64,000 bases of DNA from Octopus sinensis (taxonomy: Eukaryota), in NCBI RefSeq assembly GCF_006345805.1, contig NC_043003.1, positions 47,926,001 through 47,990,000 on the forward strand, written 5' to 3'. The stretch's first letter is position 1. Each line of letters opens with the position of its first letter. Shown here one piece after another: positions 51,906-64,000 of the stretch. Made by a program: the position numbers and the translations under genes. Below the pieces are notes generated by a model that was given only the letters and a program-made list of their open reading frames with translations, made no database searches and had not been told where the DNA came from.

Positions 51906-52473
51906 GTGGGTTGTCTGGAAAGTTTGTACCGATTTTTAAAGGAAATAAAAAGTTCAATAAATACTTGCCATTACATTTTTAATCAACCAAATATGAACCA
52001 TTTTGTTGCACAATGCATCTCCATCTTTCCTTTAACTTGAAAATACTCTCTTTCCAGAATTGAGGTGGTTTCATGGCAAAGAATTCATCAAGGTATCTTT
52101 TTACGTCATCCAAGGAATTTAAATTTTTACCATTAAGACTATTCTGTAGAGACCTGAATAAGTGGAAATCCGAAGGAGCAATATCTGGTGAATATGGAGG
52201 GTGGGGTAACACATCCCAGCCGAGCTGCAACAATTTTTGTCTGGTTCCCAAAGCATCAAGTGCCGAAAATGAACTGTCTCATCTTCCATTTTAAAGGGTT
52301 ACAGAATTAACACAGGTTATATAGGAACATAAATCTTCTTCCACGAAAAGATAGCTTAAACTGTGCTCTAAATGGAGGTGTAGTTAAATCCTATTTTATG
52401 AACTCAACCATGTTCTAAAATAAGTCGAAAGGTAAGCTACTATAAATCGGCACAAACTTTCCGGACAACCCAA
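51906..52473 (-). mobile_element. Internally deleted mariner element
   Basis: TIRs TGGGTTGTC(C/T)GGAAAGTTTGT(A/G)CCGATTT, TA flanks; ORF 51979-52251 has HPPYSPDIAPSDFHLF. Confidence 0.92.
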
Positions 52474-52859
52474 TACTTTAATGATGCATAGTTGTTATTA
52501 AAATTTCCTTAAAATTTTAATTTTTCATCAGTAAACTTGTATTGTATGTTAATATTGTGTAACATACAGTATAATATTGTTAATACAGTACTATTGCGTG
52601 TTACTGGATAAGTCAGTAACACGCAATAAGATATTGACAGTGTCAATGATATTCAGAAAGTTGATTATTTTTTAGGTTGGTCTATACTCTATTTATTTTA
52701 TTCATATCAATTTATGATATCACTGGTATAATTTGAGATGAAGTGAATTAAGGACAGCAGTGCAGCATTTTGGAAAAAAAGAAAAACAAAAGAAGAAAGA
52801 TGAAATGAAGGTGCCATAATTATATTTCTCATCAGACAGGACAATCCAGATGAAACTGG

Positions 52860-53630
52860 TATTACTGTAGAAGGTCATGGAGATGATGTTGTTAATGAAG
52901 TGCAACTTGAAAAGGAGATAGAAGATGAAGTTGATGATGCTGATCCACCATAAACTAATAACAAAACTCTAATATTAATTTGAAAGATATTGGGGTGTGA
53001 CCGGCTAAGTTTAATCACGGTGATGGTATTCAGGAAATAACAATCGAAGGATGTGCAAAATATTGACTGTGAATTCAAAGAAGTTGTATGTCCAGAACAA
53101 ATAACAAAACTGAATGGGTAGACTAGAAGACTGTCAAGAAACTGGTTTTTCTGAACTTTACAAGATGGGAAAAAAATCTTGAGAACTTGGATGACGTACT
53201 CTCTATCGAAAGAAGTCGTATTTTGTTTTGGTTGTATGTTATTTTCAAGTGAAAACTCAAAATTTTGCTCAGTTGATGGTTTCAAATATTGGTGGAAGTT
53301 GAATCCTAAGATATATAAACATGAATCTAGTCCTGTGCATGAGAAGGCGTTCATTCCGTGGAAAGAGCTAGAAATTTGCCTTTCCAAAGGCAAGGTAATA
53401 GACAAAAAACAAAAAAGCTCTTGTTGAAAATGAAACAAAGAAATAGAAGTAAATCCTAATTAGATTCTTGGACATAATTATGTTTCTTGCTAAATGAAAC
53501 CTAGCTTTACGAGGCCAAAGAGAAGACATTTGTGTTGAGGAGGCTCATGAAAATAAAGGAAATTTTATGATTGGAAAATTTGACCCAGTGCTATGTGAAC
53601 ATTTGGTGGAAGTAAAAAAGCACAGATATT
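52860..53630 (+). mobile_element. Degraded hAT transposase (TTF-type zinc finger/DUF4371, ZMYM1-like)
   Basis: WMTYSLSKEVVFCFGCMLF...GFKYW...HESSPVH, then ILDIIMFLAK*NLALRG...NKGNF, FDPVLCEHL; stops and frameshifts. Confidence 0.8.
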
Positions 53631-53634
53631 ACAC

Positions 53635-54520
53635 ATCCAGCAGAGTATACCAGCTTCATTCATTGCATGCTTATGCATGTCCTCAGCAGTCACAGCCTAT
53701 GTTTCACTGCTATGTAGCATGGCTGTTCGCACACATACATCATACAGTCTACCTTTTACTCTGAGTGAGAGGCCCTTTATTACCAGCAGAGGTAGGAGCT
53801 CTCTGAACTTTGCTCAGACTATGCTTATTCTACCACCTACACTTTCAGCGCATCTATCCCCACTACTGACTTAGTCACCTAGGTAATGGAAGCTATCAAC
53901 TACTTCTAGTTTTTCTCCCTGGAATATGATGGAGGCTGTTTTCTGTGCATTTTCAGTGTTTATTGCCCCTGAGCATTTGGCACACACAAAAGCTATCTTC
54001 CCAGTTAGCCTTCCTTTGATATTGCTGCACCTCTTATGTGTCCATAGCTTACACCGGGTACATTTTATGGTGTTTCTACCTATGCCTTGTCTACAGATCG
54101 AGCAGAGCCATCTACCTTAAAGGATTTGTGGTTTGTCTTGTCTTCCTACTTATTAAGACTTTGGTTCTTGCTAGATTGACTATAAGGCCCTTCGATTCTA
54201 GGCCTTGCTTCCACACCTGAAACTTCTCCTCTAGGATCAGATACTGACTCAGCTATTGGAGCAAGGTCATCAGCATAGCAGAGCTCCCAGGGGCATCCTG
54301 TCTTCAATTCCTGTTATTGCCTGGAGGACTATGATAAATAAGAGGGGGCTGAGGACTACCCAGAATTCTTCCCTGTGCTCGTTGCCAACCTTCACCTTAC
54401 TGACAGCATCCCTGTACATGGCTTCTACAGCTCTCACTAATCACTAATCTATCCCTAGTTTGCACACTGACCACCAGATAAGGGATCAGGGGACCCTGTC
54501 AAAGGCTTTCTATATGTCAA
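53635..54520 (-). mobile_element. Degraded RTE-clade LINE reverse transcriptase
   Basis: Minus translation gives VDIEKAFDRVP...VLSPLLFIIVLQAI...WELCYADDL. Confidence 0.8.
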
Positions 54521-55203
54521 CTATATCCTCTATTGCGTTTTTGTTTCATTTTTTATATCTATATAAACATATAGTGGCATATGTACACACTTGTCCTCAC
54601 CTTATACTAGGTATGTAATCCAAATTTTGTATGACTCTTACTCTACCTTTTAGTCCCCCTCATACTTTCTTCCTCTTTCCTTTTTCTCGCTCCCCCCTCT
54701 CTCTCACATTTCTTAGCTCTCTCTTTCTTTAACTCTTACTTTTCCCCCTTGAGTACCTTTCTCTTTGTCTCTGATTTTTTTTTTCTAAACCTTCAATCCT
54801 GCAGCCCCCTAATCCTCTCTTCTTCCATGTGACCAGTGTCTGGCCAGCCATGATCTCTCTTTCTTGGCCTGACTGCCAACCACTTACACCTCTTATGTCC
54901 ATCTTCTATGTTCCTGCTTTTAGGCTTTCACTTCATACAAGCCAGCTCAATTTGATTCATACTCAGTTGAAAGACACTTGTTGTTATTTCTTGTTTGTAT
55001 TTGTAATTGTGTACCATGTTCTCCGTTTTTTGTCTTTGTTGCCATACACATCCGCTAGCTTTCTTACAAAAAAATATAATCTTCTTAGCTTAGACTTTTT
55101 GTGGGGCAACCGGATCGAACTGTCTCAACTGTCCAAAACAGTAAGGACTTCTGGTAACTTGACTGAGGAAATATGTATATATATATGTATGTGTATATAT
55201 ATG

Positions 55204-55238
<35 letters not shown>

Positions 55239-55240
<2 letters not shown>

Positions 55241-56264
55241 TTATATATATAAAACTGAGAATGTGTGCCTGTCTGTCTGTGTGTTTCCCTAAAACTTGAG
55301 AACTACACAACCAATTTCATTCAAATTTTACACATACCTTACTTAGGGTCCATGTAGTTTCATGGACAAAAAAAATGTTCAACTTCTTGCCTGGAGCGAG
55401 CCCATAGCAATATCATATCTTCTCCACTATTTCAGTATTACGTGTTAAAATAAAACAAAAACATTTCTCTATTTTATGTCAGATACTTTCACTTTAACAA
55501 TAAAAATAATAATAACAATTGAATTATATGTAGTAAGTAATAATTAAAATCAAACTAAAGTATAATATAATCGTAACATAACAAAAGTAAAAATAGCAAT
55601 TGGTATAAAATTGCATCAATGACTTGAACTTGAATAAGTGGTTTCACATGAATGGGAATAAATTAAAAATAAAATTAGCGTGCAGAAATGGAATAGTCCA
55701 GATGGATAATAAAAAATTAAATTAAAGAAAAGACTATTGTCTATAAAGTATACAATGTAGAGAAAAAAGATTTGAACACATGGAGGAAAGCACCTTCGAA
55801 AAGTGTCTTGGTGCGACTATGATAGATATCTAATAAGAGGCGGTAAATTCGCCACAATAGAAGCAAGGTTTGAGTCAACGGAGCGTGCAAGGCAGTACTC
55901 GACTCGAACTTGCAAAGTGGAAATATTTTATTTTTACCTTTATATCTGGGATGTAGGACGTCCCGGAAAAAAAATTAATAATCCCCCCCACCCAGAAGTA
56001 GAGGTAGGCTTGATTGTAGCCACACTTCTATACAAGAGGGAGGACAAGATACAATTGAACGAAATTACAAGAGACGGGCTAACAATTCCAGTCTGTTATA
56101 TATTTTGAGTATTGTTATCACTACCGATATCAAGATATAACTTTGTATTTTGTATTTTATGTGTAGATGTATATATATATAGATGTACATGTAATATGTA
56201 CACATATATATACACATACATGCACTAGCACTATGACCCGGCATCGACGGGTCTTTAATGCAAG
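55239..56264 (+). mobile_element. Non-autonomous Helitron-like element
   Basis: 5' TC-TTTATATATATAAAA start with GTCT microsatellite; 3' hairpin GACCCG/CGGGTC shortly before a degenerate CTAG (CAAG). Confidence 0.6.
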
Positions 56265-56389
56265 TATATATATATATATATACATGTATGTATGTATGTA
56301 CGTATATATATCTTTTTTTTATCTTTTTGGTGTTTCAGCTCAGAGCTGCGGCCATGCTAGGGCATCGCCGTTTTGCTACATTGTTATTA

Positions 56390-56760
56390 CTGAGAGCCTC
56401 CTCGAATATATGACACTTGGTGAAGAATGAAGTTTGATGCTGCTACCCTCATTTGCACCTTTTGCCATGAGGTAGGTTCATCTGGGACTCTCAACAGGAA
56501 GAGGTCCAGTTTTGCTTTGAAAACACCTATATCCACTTTATGTAGGTCTCTCAGGATCTTTGGGAAAATATTAAAAAGCTATGGGCCCCTGAAACCCAGG
56601 CTGTTGCAGTAACTGGTCTTGAGGCACAAGAGCATTGCTGGGATCTTTGGCACTGTGTAGTGTCAACCCATTCTGGCATTGGTGCGGCTTTCAATGCCAA
56701 AATTTGGTACTATTCCTTCTAGGATCTACCAGATGTGTATTACTGCATACTTCTCCCACC
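56390..56760 (-). mobile_element. CR1/L2-like LINE 3' end
   Basis: SYCNSLGFRGP*LFNIFPKILRDL...VFKAKLDLFLLRVPDEP. Confidence 0.6.
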
Positions 56761-57051
56761 TTTACTTCAGGGAGTAGTCTTCTGGCCCCCGTGCCGGTGG
56801 CACGTAAAAAGCACCATCTGTCCGTGGTCGTTTGCCAGCTCCGTATGGCACCTGTGCGGGTGGCACGTAAAAAGCACCCACTACACTCACGGAGTGGTTG
56901 GCGTTAGGAAGGGCATCCAGCCGTAGAAACACTGCCAGATCAGACTGGGCCTGATGCAGCCTTCTGGCTTCACAGACCCCAGTTGAACCGTCCAACCCAT
57001 GCTAGCATGGAAAGCGGACGCTAAATGATGATGATGATGATGATATGATAA

Positions 57052-57086
<35 letters not shown>

Positions 57087-57121
57087 TATATTATTATATA
57101 TATATATATATATATAATTTA

Positions 57122-57163
<42 letters not shown>

Positions 57164-57207
57164 TACATATATAATATTATACATACATATATATATATAT
57201 ACATACA

Positions 57208-57242
<35 letters not shown>

Positions 57243-57744
57243 TAACATACATACATATATTACATATATATATACATACATACATATATATATAATATAT
57301 ATATATATATATCATCATCATCATCATTTAACATCCGCTTTCCATGCTAGCATGGGTTGGACGATTTGACTGAGGTCTGGCGAACGAGATGGCTGCACCA
57401 GACTCCAATCTGATCTCGCAGTGTTTCTACAGCTGGATGCCCTCCCTAATGCCAACCACTCCAAGAGTGTAATGCCACCGGCACGAGGGCCAGTAAGGTG
57501 GTACTGGCAATGGCCACGGTCAAATGGTGCTTTTTATGTGCCACCTGCACAGGAGTCAGTCCAGCGGCACTGGCAACGACCTCGCTCGAATGTTTTTTTC
57601 ATGTGCCACCAGCACAAGTGCTAATAAGGTGACACAGGTAACAATCACGCTCGTATGGGGTTTTTAATGTGCCATCGACACGGAAACCAGCTTGTTGCTC
57701 TGGCAATGATTTCACTTGTATGGTACTCATAGCGCTCCACTAGC

Positions 57745-57913
57745 ATGGATGCCTATATATATATATATATTATATATAATATATATATACACACACACAC
57801 ACACCACACACATACATATGCATTTATATACATATACATGCATTTATATATATAATATATGCAGTTATATATATAATATATATATATATATATGCATTTA
57901 TATATATATATGC

Positions 57914-57953
<40 letters not shown>

Positions 57954-58049
57954 TTATATATATATATATATATATATATAGATATATATATATATATATA
58001 TATATATAGCATTTATATATATATATATATATAATATATATATATGCAT

Positions 58050-58094
<45 letters not shown>

Positions 58095-58140
58095 ATAATA
58101 TATATATATATATTATATATATATATATAATAATAAATAT
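57745..58140. repeat. Long compound (TA)n microsatellite
   Basis: Direct inspection; similar tracts at about 57050-57312, 59340-59900 and 60430-60620. Confidence 0.95.
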
Positions 58141-58155
58141 TAGGGAATAAATCAA

Positions 58156-58412
58156 TTTAGTATTATCATAATGATGAACTACCATGAATTTGTATCATTA
58201 GATGGCCTTAGTATAAATATATATACACACACACACACACATCCATACATAACATATATACATAGACATATGCACACACACACATATATATACATACATA
58301 TATATATATATACATTCACACATATATACATACACATTTTACTGTTATTTTAGTATTATCATGATGATGGACTATCCTGAATTTATATCATTAGATGGCC
58401 TTAGTATATATA

Positions 58413-58463
<51 letters not shown>

Positions 58464-59340
58464 TACATATACACAAAGAGGGGATGGTTGTAGGAAATGT
58501 TCACTGAACCAAGAATTTTCCTTAATTACATTCCAAAAATTACCAATTTTACCTACAATAACATCCACCACATACTAGTTCTTTTAACAGTCATAATAAG
58601 TGATCTGTTATTTTACTGTTATTTTAGTATTATCATAATGATGAACTACCATGAATTTGTATCATTAGATGGCCTTAGTATAAATATATATACACACACA
58701 CACACACATACATACATAACATATATACATAGACATATGCACACACACATATATATACATACATATATATATATATACATTCACACATATATACATACAC
58801 ATTTTACTGTTATTTTAGTATTATCATGATGGACTATCCTGAATTTATATCATTAGATGGCCTTAGTATATATATATATTATATATATATATATATATTA
58901 TATATATATATATATATAATATATATATATATATATACATATACACAAAGAGGGGATGGTTGTAGGAAATGTTCACTGAACCAAGAATTTTCCTTAATTA
59001 CATTCCAAAATTACCAATTTTACCTACAATAACATCCACCACATACTAGTTCTTTTAACAGTCATAATAAGTGATCTGTTATTTTACTGTTATTTTAGTA
59101 TTATCATAATGATGAACTACCATGAATTTGTATCATTAGATGGCCTTAGTATAAATATATATACACACAACACACACACATACATACATACATATATACA
59201 TAGACATATGCACACACACATATATATACATACATATATATATATATCATTCACACATATATACATACACATTTTACTGTTATTTTAGTATTATCATGAT
59301 GGACTATCCTGAATTTATATCATTAGATGGCCTTAGTATA
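58156..59340. repeat. ~470-bp tandem repeat, about 2.5 copies
   Basis: Unit starts TTTAGTATTATCATAATGATGAACTACC at about 58156, 58623 and 59094; internal sub-repeat ending TCATTAGATGGCCTTAGTATA. Confidence 0.9.
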
Positions 59341-59796
59341 TATATATATAAATAAATAAACACACACAAACACACATATATATACACACACATATGCAAC
59401 ATATATACATTCATACATACACACACACACACATACACACATACCCACACGCGTGCACACACAGACACATAGATACATATGTATATACACACGCACACAT
59501 ATACATACATACAAACATACATACACACATACATACATAAATATATATCAAAATAAGCAACAGGATATCAAGTAGTAAAGCACAAATAAATAAATGGAAT
59601 TTTAAGAAGTAGGATACATTAATATAATTTTTATTAAATATTTTAACAGAGCAAGAAGATAGAAGAAATTCATGTTGTCGCTATTGTATCTAGGGATAGA
59701 CTATGTATATACATATATACATATATATATACACATACACACATATATACATATATATACACATACACACATATATACATATAGATAAATACATAC

Positions 59797-59835
<39 letters not shown>

Positions 59836-60541
59836 CATACATATATACATATAAATACATATACATATATATATGCACACACACACACACACACACACAC
59901 AATGACTTCATATGAGTCAACAGCTCTTCACAAGCACAGTTTATTGGCCAATATTGAAGGGTACTCCTAAATGAGCTGGTTATGCTGCACTGACCACAGC
60001 CATGGCCTATGCCAGTGCAGCATAACTGGCCCATTTAAGGGTACCCTTCAATTATTGGGCAATAAACTGTGCTTGTGAAGATCTGTTGAGTTAAGTGAAG
60101 TCATTGTTGTGGCCAATACCAGTACTGCCTGATTGGCATCCATGCCAGTGGCATGTAAAAAGCCGCCCGACTGGTCCTGTGCCAGTGGCACATAAAAAGC
60201 ACCATTAGAGTGTGGTTATTGCCAGTGGCACCTGACAGACTCCCATGCTGGTAGCATGTAAAAAGCACTCACTATGCTCCCGCAGTGGTTGGCGTTAGGA
60301 AGGGCAGCCAGCTGTAGTAACTTTGCCAGATCAGATTGGAGCCTGGTGCAGCCTTCTATCTTGCTAGTCCTCAGTCAAACTGTCCAACCAATGCCAGCAT
60401 GGAAAGCAGACATTAAATGACGATGATGATACACACACACAGATATATATATATATATATATAATACATACACATATACATACATACATACACATACATT
60501 CATAGATAAATACACATATATACATATATATATATACATAT

Positions 60542-60587
<46 letters not shown>

Positions 60588-60620
60588 ATATATATATATA
60601 TAGACATACATACATATATA

Positions 60621-61861
60621 ATGGGGTTGGATAAATTAATGGAAACACCTTAAAATTTCAAACAAATTAATTTTAATATGGGTCAGGGCGGCCTTTGGCA
60701 GTAATTACAGCTTGAATTCTATGAGGTATGGGCTCGTACAAAGTTTGAATTGCTTCCAAAGGAACTTTTGTCCATTCTTCAGCTAAAACAGTCTCCACTT
60801 CTTGTAGTGATGATGGTGGAGGATATTGACTCCTTACTTGTTTTCCTAAAATGTACCGTAAATGTTCAATAATATTGAGATCTGGGGACTGTGGTGGCCA
60901 GATAAGATGTTCAACCTCACTAGAATGTTCCTCGCGCCATTCAGTAACAATTTTAGCTGTGTGAATTGGTGCATTATCATCCTGAAAGATTGCGTTTCTT
61001 TCTGGAAACAGTTCCACAACCATAGGATGAATTTGATCAGATAAAATAGTCTTGACTATTAATTCTGTCATGAAGGGAAACCACTGGGCTGGAAGATTTC
61101 CAAGATATAGCTCCCCACCCCACCCTGATCATCTTAGATCCTCCTCCATGTTTAACAGTTGGAAGAAGGCAGTCTGGGTCAAATGCTTCCTTTGGCTGTT
61201 TCCACACATATACTCGGCCAGTGGTTGGAAATAAGGTAAAGGATGACTCGTCTGAGACAATAACATTCTTCCACTGCTCTAGAGAGCTATCCTGTAGGTT
61301 TTTACTCCACTCTAAATGCTTTCCAACGTCTGTTTTTGAAAGTAGTGGTTTTCTGATTGCAGCCCTCCCGTGAAATCTGGCTTTGTGCAGCTCTTGGCAA
61401 ACAGTTTTTGTGGAAACTGGGTTCTCGAGGTGGTCATTAAGCTCTGCAGTAATTTTGAGAGCTGTACTTTTGTGATCCTTTGTAACAATTTGCATAGGAG
61501 TCTGACAGTCCCTATCTGAAAGTTTTGGTTTTCTTCCAGAATTTTGTTTTGACATGGAGGTTTTTCCCTCTTTCTCAAAGGCTGTCATTACTTTCGAGAT
61601 AGTACTTCTTGATACACCAAACATTTTGGTTGTTTTTGTTACACTAGCACCTGCCACACGAGAATCATCAGTTTGACCTCTTTTAATGAATTTTGATTAC
61701 CTTTTTCTGATGATATCAGAAAAGAAACAGCAATTTTAGCTAAACATATTAAGCAGCACTAATAATAAATAAAAAAACACAAAATAAAGAAGCTTTTGAT
61801 GGTTTTATAGATATTTCAAAATTATGATGGTAGTTGTTTCCATTATTTTGTCCAACTCATG
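60621..61861 (-). mobile_element. Full-length, frameshifted Tc1 (DD34E) transposon
   Basis: ORFs 61037-61657 and 60673-61071 give the HTH region, SDES, QDDNAPIH and WPPQSPDLNIIE; imperfect TIRs ~GTTGGA(C/T)AAA.TAATGGAAACA with TA flanks. Confidence 0.92.
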
Positions 61862-62708
61862 TATATATACGATATTAGAACACATCCAAAACTTTTGGAG
61901 GAGGATACAGTTATGTAATTCTTTCTCCAAATGGATGAAACAAAACTTGGCAGGATTTGATTGATCTCAGGACGCAAAGGTATGTAATGTAAATAAAAAC
62001 CGTGAAGCATTTAACCTGTTGTTCTACTGTTTCTTTCACTATATTAAAAGCAAAATATTAACTAATTTATGATGATGATGATGAAGATGATGATGATATT
62101 GCTGATGATGAGTTATCATGATGGCCACGTGTAGTGTCCACGTGCAAGAAGCAAATAGTTGAAAAAGAGAGGCGGGAGGGAGGAAGAAACTAAAAACCCC
62201 CACCATAAAATCCTTTTCCTGGTTTACTCATCAAATACTCACTCAATGCAAAACACAATGTCGAAATTTCTTTGTCACCAAAAAAGAATGCAGCAAACTA
62301 TACTTTTCGAAAGGTAAATAAGCTGGGACATTCAGGTAATATTTTTTACATTTTGAACACACAAACACATACAAAGCAAAACAAAACACAAATCCTCTGT
62401 ATTCTTGTAGAACATTTCCGTGACTTCTTTTCTTAGGGAGTAGCATAATCAGTAGTGTGTCAAATGAAATAACTTGCAGTACCAGTTTTGTCTCTGAGTT
62501 CCGATTTCAAGTCTCACTGAGGTCTTTTATCTTTCAACATTCCAAGGTAAATAAAATAAAATGCCAGGACTTTATTTTTGAAGTCAGGTACTAAGTTACA
62601 GGAACATAAACAAACGAACAATGGTTGCTGAATGGTACAAAGCAAAGAGACAGACACATACACTCACACACATGATATATATATATATACACATAGATAT
62701 ATATACAC

Positions 62709-62799
<91 letters not shown>

Positions 62800-64000
62800 C
62801 GGGCTTTTTCAGTTTCTACCAAATCCACTCACAAGGCTTTGGTCAAACTGAGGCTGTGGTAGAAGACACTTGCCCAAAGTGCCATGCAATGGGACTGAAC
62901 TTGGAATCATGCGGTTGGGAAGCAAGCGTCTTACCACACAGCCACACGTATGCCTATAGTAAGTGATATTGCTTTAGATTTCCTCTGTCTACCTGATATG
63001 TTTTACAGTACATTATAGTTTAGCCCCAGGTCAGTCCTGGTCCAGTGGACTTTGATGAAAAAATGTTTCAGTGCCACAATCCTTTATTCTTAGTTTTCCT
63101 TTTTATTATTATTCAATAAGTCCTTTTGTAAGAAAATAGAGTGGTTTGAGTTAGTTGTGGCTACTTTTTCTAACATGAATAAAAAAATTTCAAAGAGCCT
63201 CACCTACTGGATCAACATCTTTTAGTAGGTGGTAAGGTAGGGGCACGTTATCTTAAAACGTTGGTGATAACAAGTCCCCACCCTCCAAATTTGGTGCTTA
63301 GGAAAATAATCAGGTTTTCCTCCTTGAAACAAAATGTGAGGCATTTGTTGAGAAAGATTTTATATCCTACACTGTTTAAGTTAAAATGGCTGTGAGAGAA
63401 TCACTTGAGTCAGTTCACTTTACTTTCCATTCAATAAAAATCTAATACATGAAAGCCATATTAGTATAGATTTTGTTACCAAATCTATATTAGTCTGAAA
63501 TAGCTTTGAAGAAGTCATTATACAATTACAGATGGTTAACACGAATATTGGGAAATTTATATGCATAAGAAGTAATTTATTTTTACATGAGACAAGTAAC
63601 AGAATGAGGTCAATGGTCTTGTAAGATGGTGGAGCCTCTACCTCTCTCTCTTGTCTCCCCACATGACTGGTGTTAGGCCAGGCCTGACATTTCTTTCTTG
63701 GTTGGATTACTGTCCTTGCAACATCTATATTCCTTCCTGCGCTTGTTAAATCTTATGTCCCCACCGTAAGGCTTTACTTCCACACACACCAGTTTAATTT
63801 AATTCATCCTCAGTCGAAAGACACCTGTTGTTATGTTCTCTCATTTGTATAACATTTCTCTGGGGTTTTTTTCCGTCCTTGTTTTCATATACATTCGCTG
63901 CTTTCTTCCAAGGAATGTAATTCTCTTAGTTTATTTTTCCTTGGGGCTGGCCAGATTGGAGCAATCTCGAGTATAACCAGCTGAAATTGCAAAGATAATC

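Noticed and set aside
52875-53438. 187-aa minus-strand ORF
   Set aside because: Antisense shadow of the + strand hAT transposase remnant.
57094-60611. Many 60-115 aa ORFs rich in Y/I/C/V/H/T
   Set aside because: Translations of (TA)n, (CA)n and (TATG)n microsatellites.

Overview
AT-rich, microsatellite- and retroposon-dense animal DNA. The SINE mix (tRNA-Arg/CORE heads, Nin-domain and Meta-domain SINEs) points to an octopus/cephalopod genome; this is inferred from repeat motifs, not from a search. Most ORFs in the supplied track are repeat artefacts. The one convincing long host ORF is on the minus strand at 40305-41045 (246 aa). It carries two copies of a PKA-inhibitor (PKI)-like pseudosubstrate motif (RRNGMADIF, RRNALHDLL) and lies just downstream of a CpG-retaining promoter with a perfect CRE (TGACGTCA) and CCAAT boxes. 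A strong splice donor sits 56 nt after its stop. A chain of small minus-strand exons runs from about 38 kb down to 3 kb, and part of it can be phased into a second small ORF. The rest is transposon debris (piggyBac nested in a LINE, Tc1, mariner, hAT, Merlin/MULE-like, Helitron/HINE, RTE, CR1-like, Penelope-like with hammerhead motifs), a tRNA-Gln pseudogene, local duplications and several fold-back structures. All coordinates were read by hand; repeat boundaries are approximate.
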